64,000 bases of DNA from Octopus vulgaris (lineage: Eukaryota), in NCBI GenBank assembly GCA_951406725.2, contig OX597819.1, positions 118,296,001 through 118,360,000 on the forward strand, given 5' to 3'. Below are positions 26,093-41,242 of this stretch, piece by piece. Every line of letters begins with the position of its first letter. Positions within the stretch are counted from its first letter, which is position 1. The notes under the pieces are model-generated. The model searched no databases, had not been told where the DNA came from, and worked only from the letters and a program-made list of their open reading frames with translations. A program made the position numbers and the translations under genes.

Positions 26093-26329
26093 TATGTGTG
26101 TGTGTGTGTGTGTGTGTTTGTGTGTTTGTGTGTGTCTGGGTTTGTCCCCCCAACATCGCTTGACAACCGATGCTGGTGTGTTTGCGTACCCGTCACTTAG
26201 CCGTTCGGGGAAAGAGCCCGATAAAATACGTACTAGACTTACAAAGAATAAGTCCTGGTGTCGATTTGCTTGACTAAAGGCAGTGCTCCAGCATGGCCGC
26301 AGTCAAATGACTGAAACAGGTGAAAGAGT
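25887..26329 (+). mobile_element. CORE-like SINE family B
   Basis: GGCTGTGTGGTAAGTAGC...GGGTTCAGTCCC (B-box-like), GGCACTTTGGGCAAGTGTCTT (CORE-like), internal (TA)n(TG)n, tail CTGAAACAGGTGAAAGAG. Confidence 0.92.
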
Positions 26330-26830
26330 GTCAACATAAGGAAAATAAATGCACAAGGTTTAGTATGCAGATGGCTCCAAAATCCTTTTTTTTTTAAATC
26401 CCAGTGTAAATTTTACCGGTTACTTATTTTATATAACATGTGTTATCATTGGACATATTTTGCTCTATCCTTGAATGGCAGAACGATAGTTGATATTGGA
26501 AAATACAATTGTAGCTTGATAAACATGCAGAGATTTCCTGTTTAAAACCAGGCAGAAATATTTTGCCGTACATTCCGATATATTTTGAGAGTGTCATAAA
26601 TACATTCCATTATACGTTCAGAATGTAGTAACCAGATCAAGGTACATTTTTGAACCGTTCATATCTTAGAAGTTTATTTTTAAGGCTGATAACAGTGAAA
26701 CTGTGTTAGGCTTTCATATCAACGTTTATGTGTCGTAATTAATCAAAGATAAGAGTGTCTGTATAATTCAGATATGTTCTCAAACTTCATTACAAAAACA
26801 AAGACATAATTACATGTTATATCAAATCTT

Positions 26831-27130
26831 GGAGGCGCAATGGCCCAGTGGTTAGGGCAGCGGACTCGCGGTCGTAAGATCGCGGTTTCGATTCCTAGAC
26901 CGGGCGTTGTGTGTGTTTATTGAGCGAAAACACCTAAAAAGCTACACGAGGCTCTGGCAGGGAGTGGTGATCCCTGCTGTACTCTTTCACCACTCTTTCT
27001 CTCTTTCTTCTGTTGGCCTGCTCGCTTAGCCAGCGGGGTGGCGTCATTCGAAGGCTAAAACAATGCGAACGCATTGTGACCAGCGATGTGTAGCAACATC
27101 TGATGGTCTGGTCAGTCACGTGATCATGTG
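26831..27130 (+). mobile_element. tRNA-derived SINE family C (body 1 plus tail 1) with 12-bp TSD
   Basis: GGAGGCGCAATGGCCCAGTGGTTAGGG (A-box), GGTTTCGATTCC (B-box); tail ...TCACGTGATCATGTG; TSD ATATCAAATCTT at 26819-26830 and 27131-27142. Confidence 0.92.
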
Positions 27131-27559
27131 ATATCAAATCTTAGGGTGCTATCCCGGCATGAGGCAAGAATATATTTAGGGTCAATTATTGTTTATGGAA
27201 TTCAGTAAACTGAAATATCTGTAGCATACACTAGTAGAAAACAGTACCAAGGTTTTCATATAATCCTGTCAGACTTGTAAACAGATTCTTTTCATGCCGT
27301 CACAAATTTGAAATTAAAGTTTTATTGATTACGTATTGCTTAGCATATCCCAACCTCATTCGTCTCTGGTTCCTTGTTCGGTTAACAAAACATTGTTAAT
27401 AGCTCTGAGATCGTAGATGAATAGTTTGAGACAAATAGTATAGAATTTATGCGTGAATTTCTTACCAGAATATCGTAGTATGCATGTATCTACAATGTTT
27501 GAGTGTGCGCACGCATACATACATGCATGCATATTGACAGACAGAGAGACAGACAAACG

Positions 27560-27637
<78 letters not shown>
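27560..27637. repeat. (GATA)n microsatellite
   Basis: About 19 GATA units preceded by GACA units. Confidence 0.95.
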
Positions 27638-30171
27638 AACAGGACAGAGGAAAAAAACAAGGTACAAAAATGCAACAAAATGCAAGTCAATTGTTCAAGT
27701 GATCAACGTTTATAAAAAGTTTGAAAACAAAATACGGAGAGGTAAATAAAATAAGATATATATTGTTACCAAACCAGAATTGGAGAGGTCAAACAACTAT
27801 ATATATGTATACTAAGGCAGATAAGATCAGTCAGAATCGATCAGTTGTTTAGATAGAAGGATGGAAATGCATAAGAGGGAAATGTAGATAGAGATAACTA
27901 GATTAGAGTGTAGTTGTATGACAAGATAGCAAGATAGGGAGACGAATGTATATCGATAAATATATATATACTTATATTTATATATACATTCGGGGATAGA
28001 GAGACGGATATATGGGTGGATGAATAGATTAAAAAAGATTGACAGCTAATGGAACAGCAAGATAAAACCGATAGACAGATATCTTAGTAGCCTAAATAGA
28101 TAGGTAGAGGTTTTTTTGTGGGGAGATGAAGTTAGGAATAAGAAATGCTAAAATTCAAACTGTTAACACATTCACAGAATCCGAGGGATAGAAGATATGG
28201 AGAGGACAGTGATGTGAATAGATTTGGGTCATGATTTGCAGCGATTCACTGGTTAGTTAGTTGCTTGAATTATCTTCGAAGAATGTGACCGAATTCTTCG
28301 TTTAGCTGCTTTACAGAGAATAAAAAAAACGGAGCGGCGACTAGAGAATATCAGCAGGGGCCGTGTGTTGCAGGGCATGTTGTCATATAGTATGAGTAGT
28401 ATGGTCTGATAATATGTAGTTTGATGAAGTATGCTTTGATAAGGATTACTGTGGCACTACAAAGACAGAGGATACTATAAAGGATGTAATATCTTAACTG
28501 CTTGTAATATCTGCTTGCGAAGATGTAAACAGAAAGCGTACAGCCTTTCTATAGCGATGAGAAATCTTATGCATATCGACAAACACGGGTACGCACACAA
28601 CACAAACGTGTTTTTTTTTTTTTTTTTCTATGCGTGTGTTTACAGGAATTTATAAATACGTGTATATACTTTTCTGTGTTTTGCATTTCAGTTCCAGATG
28701 AGTTCCGATTGAGGAAACTTACAATTAAAGACAATCCAGCTACGACCATCCTCCTTAATGCTGTTCTAAATCTTCTAAGTTTCCTTTCAATTTAACAACG
28801 AACACGACTTGGGAGATTTAACTGGCATTGCTAGCAGATCCAGTGACTACATAAAGGCTTTCACATGTTGCTCTTGTTTTTCTTTAGGTCAAGGACAGAA
28901 CTGGACGTGGAGAACTTTACTCAAAGTCATAGGCCATCCAGTCATGACTAACCACTAAATGTTGAAGCAACCAAAGTGTATATTATTCAACTATACCGCT
29001 TTGAAGACGTATTAAACATAATAAATTAAGGACTGTTCTCCTCCTCCTCCTCTCTCTCTCTCTCACTTGTTCCCATCCTTGGATAAGAAAAATAAAATGT
29101 TGTTTCTTTTTTAAGTTAATATTCTACAAGCTTGCGAGAGTCTCAATATTCACTGACTGAAAATCTATGGTTCATTTATATATATATATATATATATATA
29201 TGTGAATAGATTCTTCTGTTTTAAATGAATTTTCTGCAACAGAAACGCCTAAGTCTTAAATATATATATGAAGAACAGAAAGACCTAAGGGATAAGAGCT
29301 CCAGTTACCAATAAAGTAGGTAATTGTTCATTTTAAAAGTACAAGTGAATGAGTGAGTGTTTGCACTACGCATGCCCACGTGCTTGAAGGCCGACACATA
29401 ACAAAAAGTACTTAATACATAAATGTTACCATCCAGTAGATAATGAAGCTCTCCATTGCTAATAAGAATTTCTAAGTGTGCGTGTGCGTGTCTGTGTGTG
29501 TGTGCATGTGTGTGTGTACAATGAATTCGAACATGTTTACATAATTACCACTATGAAATCATAGTTCTTAAATTTAAGGGAAAAGAAAAAGATCGATATT
29601 TTGGTGCAATCAGTCACCACACATATCATGTATATAAGGTGAGGGTTCGATTCTCACACGTACTAATGCATTTTTTTCCCGTTACTTATATGCTAATATT
29701 AGACTATTTCCTAAAGTCGATATATGGTGTTGGCTCATAATTCTGTTTACAATACTATATATCAAAGAAAATACTTGATTCGTGTTAGATGCACTACTAA
29801 CGATTAAGATTATTTTACCCTTTTTGTCATCGATCGGTATTGATTGGCTTTATTTCTAGAACACTCGTTTCGTTTATTTATTTATTTTGCTAAGCAGACC
29901 GTTTAGATATTGATGAAGGAGAACTGTAACAGCTCAGTGTATATGCTTTCACAGAGATGTCATCGAGAAAATTTACTTGAAATATCTACCTGTCGGTCAG
30001 TACGTAACGATGCATCTAACGTACTTATATACTCAAAAGACCTTTTCCTAGTCAAATAATAGAAACTGAATTCGGATTTAAAGAACGTACCCATAACGCT
30101 TCAGTTATTACCAGATATTCTGAACTATAGGCAAATCATAAAGCGAATCATAAAAGTCGTTGTTATATCGT

Positions 30172-30587
30172 TACTCTCTTTACACTTTAACGTGTTTCAG
30201 CCATCTGACTGTGGCCATGCTAGAACATCATCTTTAGTCGAGCAAATCGACCTCAGGACTTATTCTTTGTAAGCCTAGTACCTATTTCATCGGTCTCTTT
30301 TGCCGAAACGCTAAGTTACGGGGACATAAACGCAAGCATCGGTTGTCAAGCGATGTTGGGTGGGTGGGTTTGGCAAACACAGACACACACACATATATAT
30401 ATGTATATATATATACATATATACGACGGGCCTCTTTTCAGTTCCCATCTACCTTATCCACTCACAAGTTTTTAGTCAGCCCGAAGCTATAGTAGAAGAC
30501 ACTTGCCCAAGGTGCTACGCAGTGGGACTGAACCCAAAACCATGTGGTTCGTAAGCAAGCTACTGACCACACAGCCACTCCTACGCC
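30172..30587 (-). mobile_element. CORE-like SINE family B, full length
   Basis: Reverse-complement match along its length to the 25887 and 39556 copies; ends ACAGCCACTCCTACGCC. Confidence 0.92.
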
Positions 30588-31998
30588 TTGTTCATGAGTT
30601 TCATTTCCAGATTAGTTTTAATTAACTAAAAATAAAAACAATGACATTCATGCAATTATCATTCTGTACATCTTTCATTGAACTTGGCATATCTTGAACA
30701 ACATTCATATATGCTACGCCCCCCGCCCCCAACTCTTTTGTTTTACGTGTTTGATATTAGGGAATTTTATAGCTAGCATTTTAGGAGGTCGAGTTACTGC
30801 ATATAAGCTCTCACGGGGACTCGTATATGTTGAGTCAATGAGATTTCGCGAAGAACATTCCCTTTCGTAATGGGGTATTAGTTACAAACGGTATTGTGAG
30901 AGAATATTGAATTTCGATCAATCGATCGATAAAGTACAATCAATATGTTTTTTATGTGGAGAAAAAAGTGATGATACAATCATTTTGGGATTATGCAGCT
31001 ACTAGTAGAATGGGTAGTTCTTAGACACTTTCTACAAAATATCGTGATTTGTAGAACATTAATAGAAGTAAAAACAAAAATCAAATATAAGCATACAATC
31101 GTACATAATCGTATACGAATATATATATATACATATATAAACATTCATATATAGTAATATACAAATTATATATATATAAACATACATTTGTATGAGTGCT
31201 CTCCTGATCATTATTTGATATAAAGCTCCCAGCTATGTTCTTACCATTTTCTTTTCCGGAATTGAGCTCCTAGAACTACACCGACCAGTGTATTTTCATA
31301 TTAAAAAAAAAGTTAGGAGAGAACAAGGAGATTTACCCGCTTATTTTAAGCAAACTCAGAGGCCGTATTCTCTTGAATACACGATAGTATGTTTTTCCGA
31401 TGAATTTGAAAGAAAATGAGTGCATTTTATTTGTTTAATCAAGGTTAACATAAATCGATCTCTTCACAGACTTAACATACTGATATGATTTTTACAGAAT
31501 TAAACTGATTCAAGTGTTCTTTTTATTCAAAATGTTAACGAATATAGTAAGGAATGAGTTTGTGATGCAATTGCCAGCAGATCAGCTGAGCACTTACTTG
31601 CACCTTCTTCTGCTCACTTTAGATTAGTTCCGGAATATCGACATAGTCAGATCACATAGCAATTCTGCATCCACCCACAGAAGTGATTATGAGGATACAT
31701 ACTTGCATACATACACGTTAAGCGCGTGAAGAGAATATATTCTCTTATGATTATAAGCTCAGCCTACCCACGAACTAATAAAACACATACTTTGTGCATG
31801 TGTGTTCGATATTTTGTGTGCGTATATTTATATAATTTTGGACTAATTAGTATATGTCAATTAGTGTGCTGGTGTGTCGAGTAAAGCATTGGCACAGTTT
31901 GGGTCATCTCATGTCATCCGCGGTTGAAGTACATTTCCTTTGGATCTACTTCGAAGTAGAAAATAACGAGTAATACAATTTCCATCTGTTTATTTAAA

Positions 31999-32034
<36 letters not shown>

Positions 32035-33928
32035 TCATAGATATTTCAGAAAGCGTCTGTCTATGCCTCTCTCCCTTTCTCTCTGTAACTTCCTCTCTCT
32101 TTCTCTCCCCTGCTCTCTCTCTCTCTCTATTTCTCTGTGCATGTGTGTTAAAGGATATGTAATTAGGAATGAGGTACCATAACTTTTTTGCGCTACTGAA
32201 TGAGTACAAGCGTGAATGCTAAGCTTTCTGTAATTTCTCTGTATGCGTATGCATGGTTGTATCAGCTAGCGGATGGATGTACGTATTGACGAGCGAACGA
32301 ATGCCTGCATGCACGCTTGTGTTTACGCATACGTGTATAACTACATGTGCATTGCATGCGGGCAAGTGTGACTTCAATCAATGTGCATTCCTGCTCATGT
32401 TCATGCACAAGTGTGCATAAATGCACTTATTATTATTGTATATAAATCATCATATATACTTATGTAGAAGCGTTTGTGTAAATGTTGGTATGCAAGAATA
32501 ACTCTGTGTGTGTGCGTGTGCGTGTTCTGTTCGTGAACTTTTATAGGAATGCACGTTTCAGTGATTATATAGAAAGACTCGTGCCTGTGCTCGTACGCAT
32601 ACGTATACTTGCGTGTATATAAAATGAAACGCGGCTAAATATATGATAGTGTGTAGAAATGACAGGTATATGAACGTCTATCAAATGTAAAATTCTTTAT
32701 TCCAAACAGCAGATGTTGCTAAAGCCTGTATATATTTATATATACATATATAAATATATATAAGTAGATTATCTACGACCATCACCGCTAATGCCAACAT
32801 CATCTCTCCTATTCCTTCCACACTTATATACTGATTTTATTGATTTCTAAATCGACGTGTGTCTATCTACCTTTCTCTCTCTCGAAACACATAGTCACAT
32901 CGCTAACTGGCTTATATTCTTCTCTCACAAGCTTATTTCGTCTGGTTTCTTCTTACTCAGCGCTTTGACTCATTCACACTGTACCCGCGCTCCTCTCTTG
33001 TACTGTTTATCATCCACAGTATCAGTCTGCACTGTTTAGTGGATTAAACACTCTCCTACCGTTTCACTCAGCCTCTGTCTAATATCAGCCTGTTCTGCAC
33101 TTATCTGTGTCACACTTCTAGAATTGTTTGTTATACATATTTTAAAAGGAGCATGGAGATTACATAGCAAGAGAGAGAGGAAGAGAGAGATGTGTTTCGG
33201 ATTGTATTAATCCACTTAGCCTTTTCTCATTAGAGATGCATATCTAGTGGAGGAAACTATGGAAAGAAAAGGGAGATAAAGAGATATTAAAAGACGGTGG
33301 GTGGGATAAGCTAATTAGATAAAGAGACTAGCAGATGAAAAGCTAGGTAGATAAGCACGTAAAGAGTTGGCAAACACACCACTTCCTCGCTAGCTTCTAT
33401 TTCAAGCGACTTCGTTCGTTTCTTTGTTGATGTATACACACTGCTTCCTCCTAAGATATTTTAAATAAATAGAAATCTTCACTTGTGTTGTATTCGTGTC
33501 TCTGTAACATCACTTATCAAGGTCTTTGAAGAGAGATATTCCAGCCGTGACCATCTCGCCATTTGCTCCGAAATCAGGAATCTAAATTCAAATTATTAAA
33601 CTCTTCTCTTTCAAAGACGAAGGTCCAGCAGATCGAGCGACTACACAGATGTTCCCTTTTAAATAATTACATGTTTAAATGAATGGAGTTAATGAGAAGT
33701 GAAATCGATGCCCTTCCCAAGTACATTAGCGATCATAGGTGAAATAACTAACTCTAATAAACGTCGTTAACGATCGCTTTATTCAGTCCGTCCACTTCAA
33801 TCAATCTACTTCTTCACGCTAAGCTCTCAGCCTATCCTTATATATATATATATATATATATCTGCTTCCATTTCCTGATATATAATAATATATATTGTTG
33901 TTGTTTTGTTTCCCGTTTGGATTAAAAT

Positions 33929-33985
<57 letters not shown>

Positions 33986-34025
33986 ACATTGTATTATAAC
34001 AGACAGACATATGTATAGTATAATA

Positions 34026-34063
<38 letters not shown>

Positions 34064-36703
34064 AATATACACACACACCTCATATAGAAGATTATAAAAG
34101 TGGGTCAGGATAGGGGTGGATAGATTCGTACAATTTTGATAAATGCTATGCAAGCTCTCCTCTTTTGTCTCTCTTTTATAACTTTCTGCCAACATGTGCG
34201 CTGGTTCGCGTGTGCGTGCATGCGTGTGTATGTGTGGGAATTCTGATTCTTATGTTCATACAAACGTACACACTCATAAACATCAAGAACGTATTGCTAT
34301 GAAGTTAGTACATGATATCAAATTTAACAACATCCTTGAAAGCTTTAGAGGAATTCACCAGTTGGTAGTATTCGAATTGGACCGAAGTACCACTCACCTC
34401 AATGTAACTAGATTTGTAGGGCCTGCTCGGTAACTAAAGCTTGCCTTGTTTTACCTGCATTGATTAACCGTTACAAAAATGGCACGTTAATACTACCGGC
34501 TGTCGAAGCTTTAACAGCATTCTATTTTAAAATGTACCTATAAATAAATATATATGCATATTTCTCTGACATGTCGAGGTTACGTTATCTCTTTGCTTGT
34601 CTACTCGCCTATCTACGCAAACATGCACGCACAAACACATCACAGCATGTTGTATTTGAAGTGTAGTAAATCTAAACTAAGTCAAACGAATACATTTCTC
34701 TCGTCAATGAAGAAGTAATTTAATACTTTAACCGTTTTTATATGTGACAGTAATACGCATTTTCTCAACATTCACACGTAATAAATATTGCTTTTTATTA
34801 CTTTTTTTTCACCCCAGAAAAATTATGATCAGAAATCTATGATGAACTGTATCACAACTAAGGTCGTTAAAAAAAAAATGTATCAGTTCTAAAGTTGTGG
34901 CCATGCAGGAGCACTACCAGTCATTTTTTTTTTCTCGCGCTCTATCTTGGACATCATCATTCACTGTAACTACTACGCCGTTTCATATTTTGCATATATT
35001 GTTTGATTTAAGCGGAATTTAGCTGCGATTTCTAGTAGATTGAGCGAAAAGATAGAGGTTCATTTCCTCTGCCTCATGGGTGTATTGTGACTCCATTGAA
35101 CAGTTTTAAATTTTTGCAGTTAAAATATGAAGCAACTCGAAATGCACATGACAAAATATAATTATGTAATTTAAACAATACGAACGAACAAGTTCTAATA
35201 AAAACAACGCCCTGTATTCTCACCCAACGCCTTGGATAATATTACAATACTCGGTTGTTGTTATATCATGTTTATTGCACTGTATGCATTTTTGACTAAG
35301 ATATCTGCATAATTTTCCACTAACTCAAATTATTTTGTAATTACGAATCATAAAATATAACGCATCATTTCTAAGCCACTAAGAAGGAAAGTTAGCAAGC
35401 TCTACGCATTCCTTGAAAGACTATCATAAATGTTAGCATGTGCCAGGACCGGAAACGGATATGATCTCAAATAAAAAAAAAAACACGTGTGAAAACATAT
35501 CGAAAGATGAGAGAAAGAGAAACAACTGCCGTATCTGTGACTTGTTGCTTCCTCACTTTGTAGAAACCACGTTCGTATCACTTCTCTTATAATATCAGTT
35601 ATCCAAACAGTAATACGCACTTCTAATGTCTACCTCGCGCATGTAGACAAGTGCAAAACATACGGATATGTGTGACTGTGCACGCGCGCTTATGCATATC
35701 TTTGTGTAGGTAAACATGCGCACGTCTAGACAGATATTAAAAGTCAAGGTTATATTTGAATATAATTGCTGACTTGAGTTTTGTAGATACTGAAATGTAT
35801 GTCCATTAAATGACTGAATACACTCAATGACTAAAATTATTTGGCCTAGATATTTTATACTCTCTTAACATTAAAATCTTTAACATCTGATAACATTGTT
35901 GTATTTCGGGATATTTTTTATTCTTTACAGTTTTTCAACTTTAAAGCTACGATCATGCTGTGGTGACATTTCTTTTCTTTTCTTTTTCCTAATAAACACG
36001 TACTATGTATTCGTTCTTCACTCATGTATGACTACTTATTTTAGCACAAGTCCATTATCCAAAATCTTTCGTCACACATAATTTCCGTCCTCATGTGTGC
36101 TTCTGCTCCTTTTAGTCAATTATGAAAATGTATTTCTGGACGATGAACGTAAGTTAAAATAAGAACAGTACTAAACGAGTGAACAACTAATATATGACTA
36201 TCCCGAAATACAATCTTATCTGTTTCAACACACGGTTTCACATCAGGAATCTTGCAACACAAATTTATATTTAATAACATTTTTCGATAAAATTGTTTTA
36301 TTTTCTGTTATATTTCAAATGATAAGCAATTGGGGAATTATATTTTAGATTCTTTATCCCATTTTGGTTGAGTTCATTTTTCAGTTGTTTCCTAAAAAGA
36401 AAACGATAAGTCAGATCGCCTTCAAATAACACCATAGTGTTTTGAATTAAGGAGCATGCATTTGACAATGTTGTTCATGATATATACACATATACAGAAT
36501 AACCAGGACTACAAAACCTTTGAATAAACGCATGTGCACTGGATCAAGGATTGCGTGGGTTGTAACAACTTTAACGACAATAACAACAGAAACAAACTGA
36601 GGCAATAACCTAATTTCCTCCTCGAGTCAGTGACACAAACTGTCACAAACCAATCCTTTTTAATCGCCATTCATTTGCTATGCAGGTAGGAACATAGAGA
36701 TGA

Positions 36704-36931
36704 GGTGGGAGTGGCAGAATCGTTAGGACGGTGGGCGAAATGCTTAGCGGTATTTCGTCTGCCATTACGTTGTGAGTTCAAATCCCGCCGAGGTGACTTT
36801 GCCTTTCACCCTTTCGGAGTCGATAAATTAAGTACCAGTTACACATTGGGGTCGATGTAATCGACTTAATATCTATGTCTGTCCTTGTTTGTCCCCTCTA
36901 TGTTTAGCCCCTTGTGGGTAATAAAGAAATA
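36704..36931 (+). mobile_element. SINE family A (A1) monomer
   Basis: TGGCAGAATCGTTAG...GCGAAATGCTTAGCGGTATTTCGTC...GGGTAATAAAGAAATA, followed by GGTAT. Confidence 0.9.
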
Positions 36932-37111
36932 GGTATAGGGCCTACAGTTTTGAGAAGCTTGCACAATATGAGAAAAGCATTGGGGACGATTTGGTAAATG
37001 CTTCTTCTGCATTTATTCTTTTCTGTCACTTGCAAGTAGACCAGATATACAAGCATACTCCAGTAAGCCACACAAAAACTCTTTATAATCAAAATACGTT
37101 TGGAATGAAGC

Positions 37112-37326
37112 TTGTAGAATCATTAGAGCATCAATCAAAGTTAAAAGTTTAGCGGCATTTCTTCCGGCTCTTCAGGTCCTAAGTTCAAATATTGCTGATA
37201 TTAACTTTGCTTTCCACTTCTTCGGATCGATAAAGTCAGGTAACCGTCAAGTACTTGGGTTGTTTGTATCAACTCACTAATGCACTCTAAATTACTGTCT
37301 TTGTGCTAAAATGTGAAACCATTATT
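37112..37326 (+). mobile_element. Degenerate SINE family A (A2)
   Basis: AGAATCATTAG...TTAGCGGCATTTC...AGTTCAAAT...CTTTGCTTTCCAC...TCGATAAA. Confidence 0.6.
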
Positions 37327-38371
37327 AAAATTCTTAATTAACTGGTGCAACTGAGGCCGGTAATTCACACCAGAGCTGGAATTATTTCTGCAATCAACAG
37401 GTCAATAATTCCCATTGAGTCTGTGGCTAAACTGGAACCTTGATTTCACATTAGATCTAGAATTACAACTAAATTCACAAGAATTTTTTGATATGTACAT
37501 GACTTCTTTTTAAAATGTGGACATCCAAAAATTTGGAAATGCCTTTCCAAATGTTTGAATGGTGAGGCAAAAACAAAAAGAAAAACTAACAAATAAACAC
37601 TTGTAAGAGACTATTGCCTTTAACAGGAGAAAGAGTATGATATGTTTATATACTGAGATTAGCCGACGAAGAAACGCGTCAATATTAGAGACACATTATT
37701 CACCACATACGAAACTGTAAAGCAGTTCGGAAGAGAAGAGAAATCGAAATGTACTCTTACAGGACGTCACTGAATATCAGCGAACACAGTTCCAATAAGC
37801 AATTAAAAAGCAAATGAAGTACGAGTAATTAAACTGAAACAGAGAAAGCCTGATCCACATATATAACACTGATGTTATACTGACAACGAATTCTTCCGCT
37901 ATCTGTTATCTTGGAGACGGACATGGACCAATTTATTGAACTCTCTTCAACCGTATGCACCATTCACTATCAAAATCATTATTGTTGTAGATGGAATCTC
38001 GTGCAAGCATTTTCTGCTAATTCCAATACCTAAATATCAATATTAACATTTCTTTTTGCATGTTAACACTGTAAAAACTTTTTATGTAGTTGGGTTAAAT
38101 TGCCATAACTGCCCTCTTCTAATTAGTGGCCTGCTGCCAATATATGAAATGATTATCATCATCATCATCAATGTTACTACTACCATCATTATTATTAGTA
38201 GTAGTAATCGTTAGTGCGTCTGACAAAATGGTCAGTTGCATTTCTGAAGCAGGTTTCAAATCATATGAAGACCAAATTTGTCTATCATCCATTCGCCGTC
38301 AATAAGATATGAACAAGTACTGTGCCGAGATTTTAAACTATTATTATTAGTAGCATTAATATTATTATTGA

Positions 38372-38570
38372 GGCGGCGACTTGGCAAAATGCTTAGCGGC
38401 ATTTCGTCCTTCTGTACGTTCTGGGTTCTAAATCCGCCGAGGTCGACTTTGCCCTTCATCCTTTTAGAGTGGATAAATGAAGTCCCAGTGAAACACTGGC
38501 ATCGATGTAATCGACTAGTCCTCTCTTCCCAAATTGCAGGCCCTGTGTCTTTAGTAGAAAGCATTATTGT
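38372..38570 (+). mobile_element. SINE family A (A2) with head deletion
   Basis: GGCGGCGACTTGGCAAAATGCTTAGCGGCATTTCGTC...CCGCCGAGGTCGACTTTGCC...AAATTGCAGGCCCTGTG; explains ORF 38278-38805. Confidence 0.85.
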
Positions 38571-39369
38571 TATTACGACTCTTGTCCCAGGAAAATACTT
38601 CTTTGGTTACGACCATGCTACACTCATGAAAATATTTGTCCAATCTCCCCAGGTATTTCACATATCTCAAAGTGAACTTTGGTTAAGAAGAAATATCACC
38701 TTGCAAATGACAGGAGTAAACTGTTATTCGACTGAAATCTGCCGGAACACATGGCAACAGAATAGGTGCATTAAATTATTGAGCAGGAATCTGAGCAAGA
38801 CATGATCTACTTAAAATGTTTGAAGAAAAGAGAATTAGATATTAACGATCCTACGGCAAGTTGAGAGCAGATCAAAGCGCGAGAAAAAGAAGAGATAGAA
38901 TGCTGTAATCTTTGGAATTATCTTGTTCCTGAATGCTATTATAGCAGAACAGGTAAGGGCAAATAAGATAGATAGATAGATAGATAGATAGACACAGTGG
39001 TGTCCTTTGTAGTCACTTCCAGTTGTATGCCCTGATCGCATTGAAATTTGCTTTCACTGAGGTCAAAAGATAAATGTAACAGATGATCAAAGATAGATAA
39101 CAGAGATAAAAGACAATAGAAGAATATATTGTTCAATGTATGCATAAATTTGGCCGCAGAAATTTGAAGAGCCGCCATTTGTTCGAAATGGTGACTTTAC
39201 CATATTGGCCTAAAAGTCGGCTAATCAACCGAATAGCAAGTGTAAAGAATCTAATTTTATTTTTGAGATATTTCAGTCAATCTGAACATTAATCAGAAAC
39301 GGGAGGGAAATTAATTTTAATGCATGGCGTGTGTGAAAAGTTGGGGAGGCAGCACATACGAGGATTATA

Positions 39370-40033
39370 CATGGTGGCCCAAAAATATGTTTACTGTTAT
39401 CACAAAGTCACTTTAAATTTCTTTTAAAACATCTTATTACATTTAAATTCTCTTACAAACTGAAGAGGGAGCTTGACAAAATTAACTAAATTAGCATAGA
39501 ATAATGGTTTCATATGTCTTTTTTTATAATTAAGTTCTAAACTGTTAATATATATGCGCAGAAGTGGCTGTGTGGTAAGTAACTTGCTTACCAACCAGAT
39601 GGTTCTGGGTTCATTCCCACTGCGTGGCACTTTGGGCAAGTGTCTTCTACTACTATAGCCTCGGGCCGATCAAAGATTTGTGAGTGGATTTGGTAGACGG
39701 AAACTGAAAGAAGCTCGTCATATATAATTATATATATATGTATGTATATATGTATGTATGTATGTGTTTGCGTGTCTGTATTTGTCCACCCAACATCGCT
39801 TGACAACCGATGGAGGTGTGTTTGCGTTCTCGTAACTTAGCGGTTCGGCAAACGAGAACAATAGAATAAGTACTAGGCTTACAAGGAATAAGTCCTGGGG
39901 TCAATTTGCTCGACTAAAAGGCGGTGCTCCAGCATGGCCGCAATCAAATGAGTGAAACAAGTAAAAGAGTAAAAGAGATATGAATGCGAAAGAGATAGTT
40001 GACTAACTATAAACCTTGTTTTGGACCACCCTG
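39370..40033. mobile_element. Old Tc1/mariner-type MITE interrupted by a family B SINE
   Basis: Left TA|CATGGTGGCCCAAAAATATGTTTAC; right end (reverse complement) CAGGGTGGTCCAAAACAAGGTTTAT; degenerate TIR pair. Confidence 0.55.
39556..39977 (+). mobile_element. CORE-like SINE family B, full length
   Basis: GCGCAGAAGTGGCTGTGTGGTAAG...GGCACTTTGGGCAAGTGTCTT...GAAACAAGTAAAAGAGTAAAAGAG. Confidence 0.92.
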
Positions 40034-41242
40034 CATAAGAAGAAGCAAATTAGTTTCCAATTTCAACTGATGCTTAAAACTGAATTATATAACTCGAGGC
40101 ACAACCAAAGTTCTTCAGAGCTATAGAAATAAGTCAAAGTCGGTAGGACAAGAATGGATCCCTATCTGTCTTAAAATGTGTCAGTAATGAAGCTAAACTG
40201 AATTGCTTATGAGATGCTGGTTGGTGAGCCTAAGTGTTATTCAACAAAAAACATACAAATGTATCAGCAGTCAGTTAGAGGAGTTGATAACCAGGAAACT
40301 AATCACAGCTCAACTTGAAAGCTTATAATCAATATTTCACTGGCACAATTGTTAGAGTGACGAACAGAATGTCCTGCAGTATTTAGTTATGGCTCTTTAT
40401 GCTTCGACTTCAAATCCCTTCGAAGTTAACTTTGTCTTTCATCTCTCAGCAGTAGATAAAATAAAGTACCAGTGAAAAACTCGTATCAATATATTCCACT
40501 GATCCTGCCCTCTCGAACATTGTTGGTTTGTGGTTATTTACAATTAAGAACAGGCAAAATAAAGCGTCGGGAGAGTTTGGAATATCTACCATGTTAATCC
40601 TCAATGTACCGTTTCTTGATTGGCACGAGGTAAATTATTCCTTACTGGGACGCCCCATTTAGTATAGTTTATACGCTGTCATTTAACAAAAGTAGTTTTT
40701 TTCTCTGCCGTTCTTTCTATGAATTGCCCTTGTGAGGTTTACCTGTTACCGTTTTCTGTTAACTGATAATGCAATTTTGGGGAAAATTACATCACGAGAA
40801 CCTTTTCTGGAGTGCTATATGGTTCACTGGTAGATTGCTAGAAAGTTAATGTGTCGGAAAAATGCCTACCGGAAATTTTTTCAGCTCTTAACAAATTGTC
40901 TTCCAAAACCTGTTGTGATAAACTTTGCTTTTCAACCCTTCAGGGTCTATAAAATAAAAAGGACCAATCAAAAAGTGAGGTCGGTAATATCGGCCCCTTA
41001 AGTGCTCACTCAAAATTACTGACCTCGAGCCTAAATACAAATACCATTGTACGGTGTCGAAATGGCAGAATCGTTTGAGCGCTGAAGAAAAAAAAAAATC
41101 TTTCTGTCCTGACTTCGACTTCACACCCTGCTGAGATTAACCTTCAAATACATCACTACATGTACTTGAAACAATGGTATCAGCTAAACCCATACCTCAA
41201 TCAGAAACCATTACTATTATCAGAACCAGTATTCTTAATATC

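Noticed and set aside
26831-26905. Functional tRNA gene
   Set aside because: A/B boxes are present but the sequence continues into a SINE body with a TSD, and the acceptor stem is imperfect; the same applies to the other tRNA-like heads
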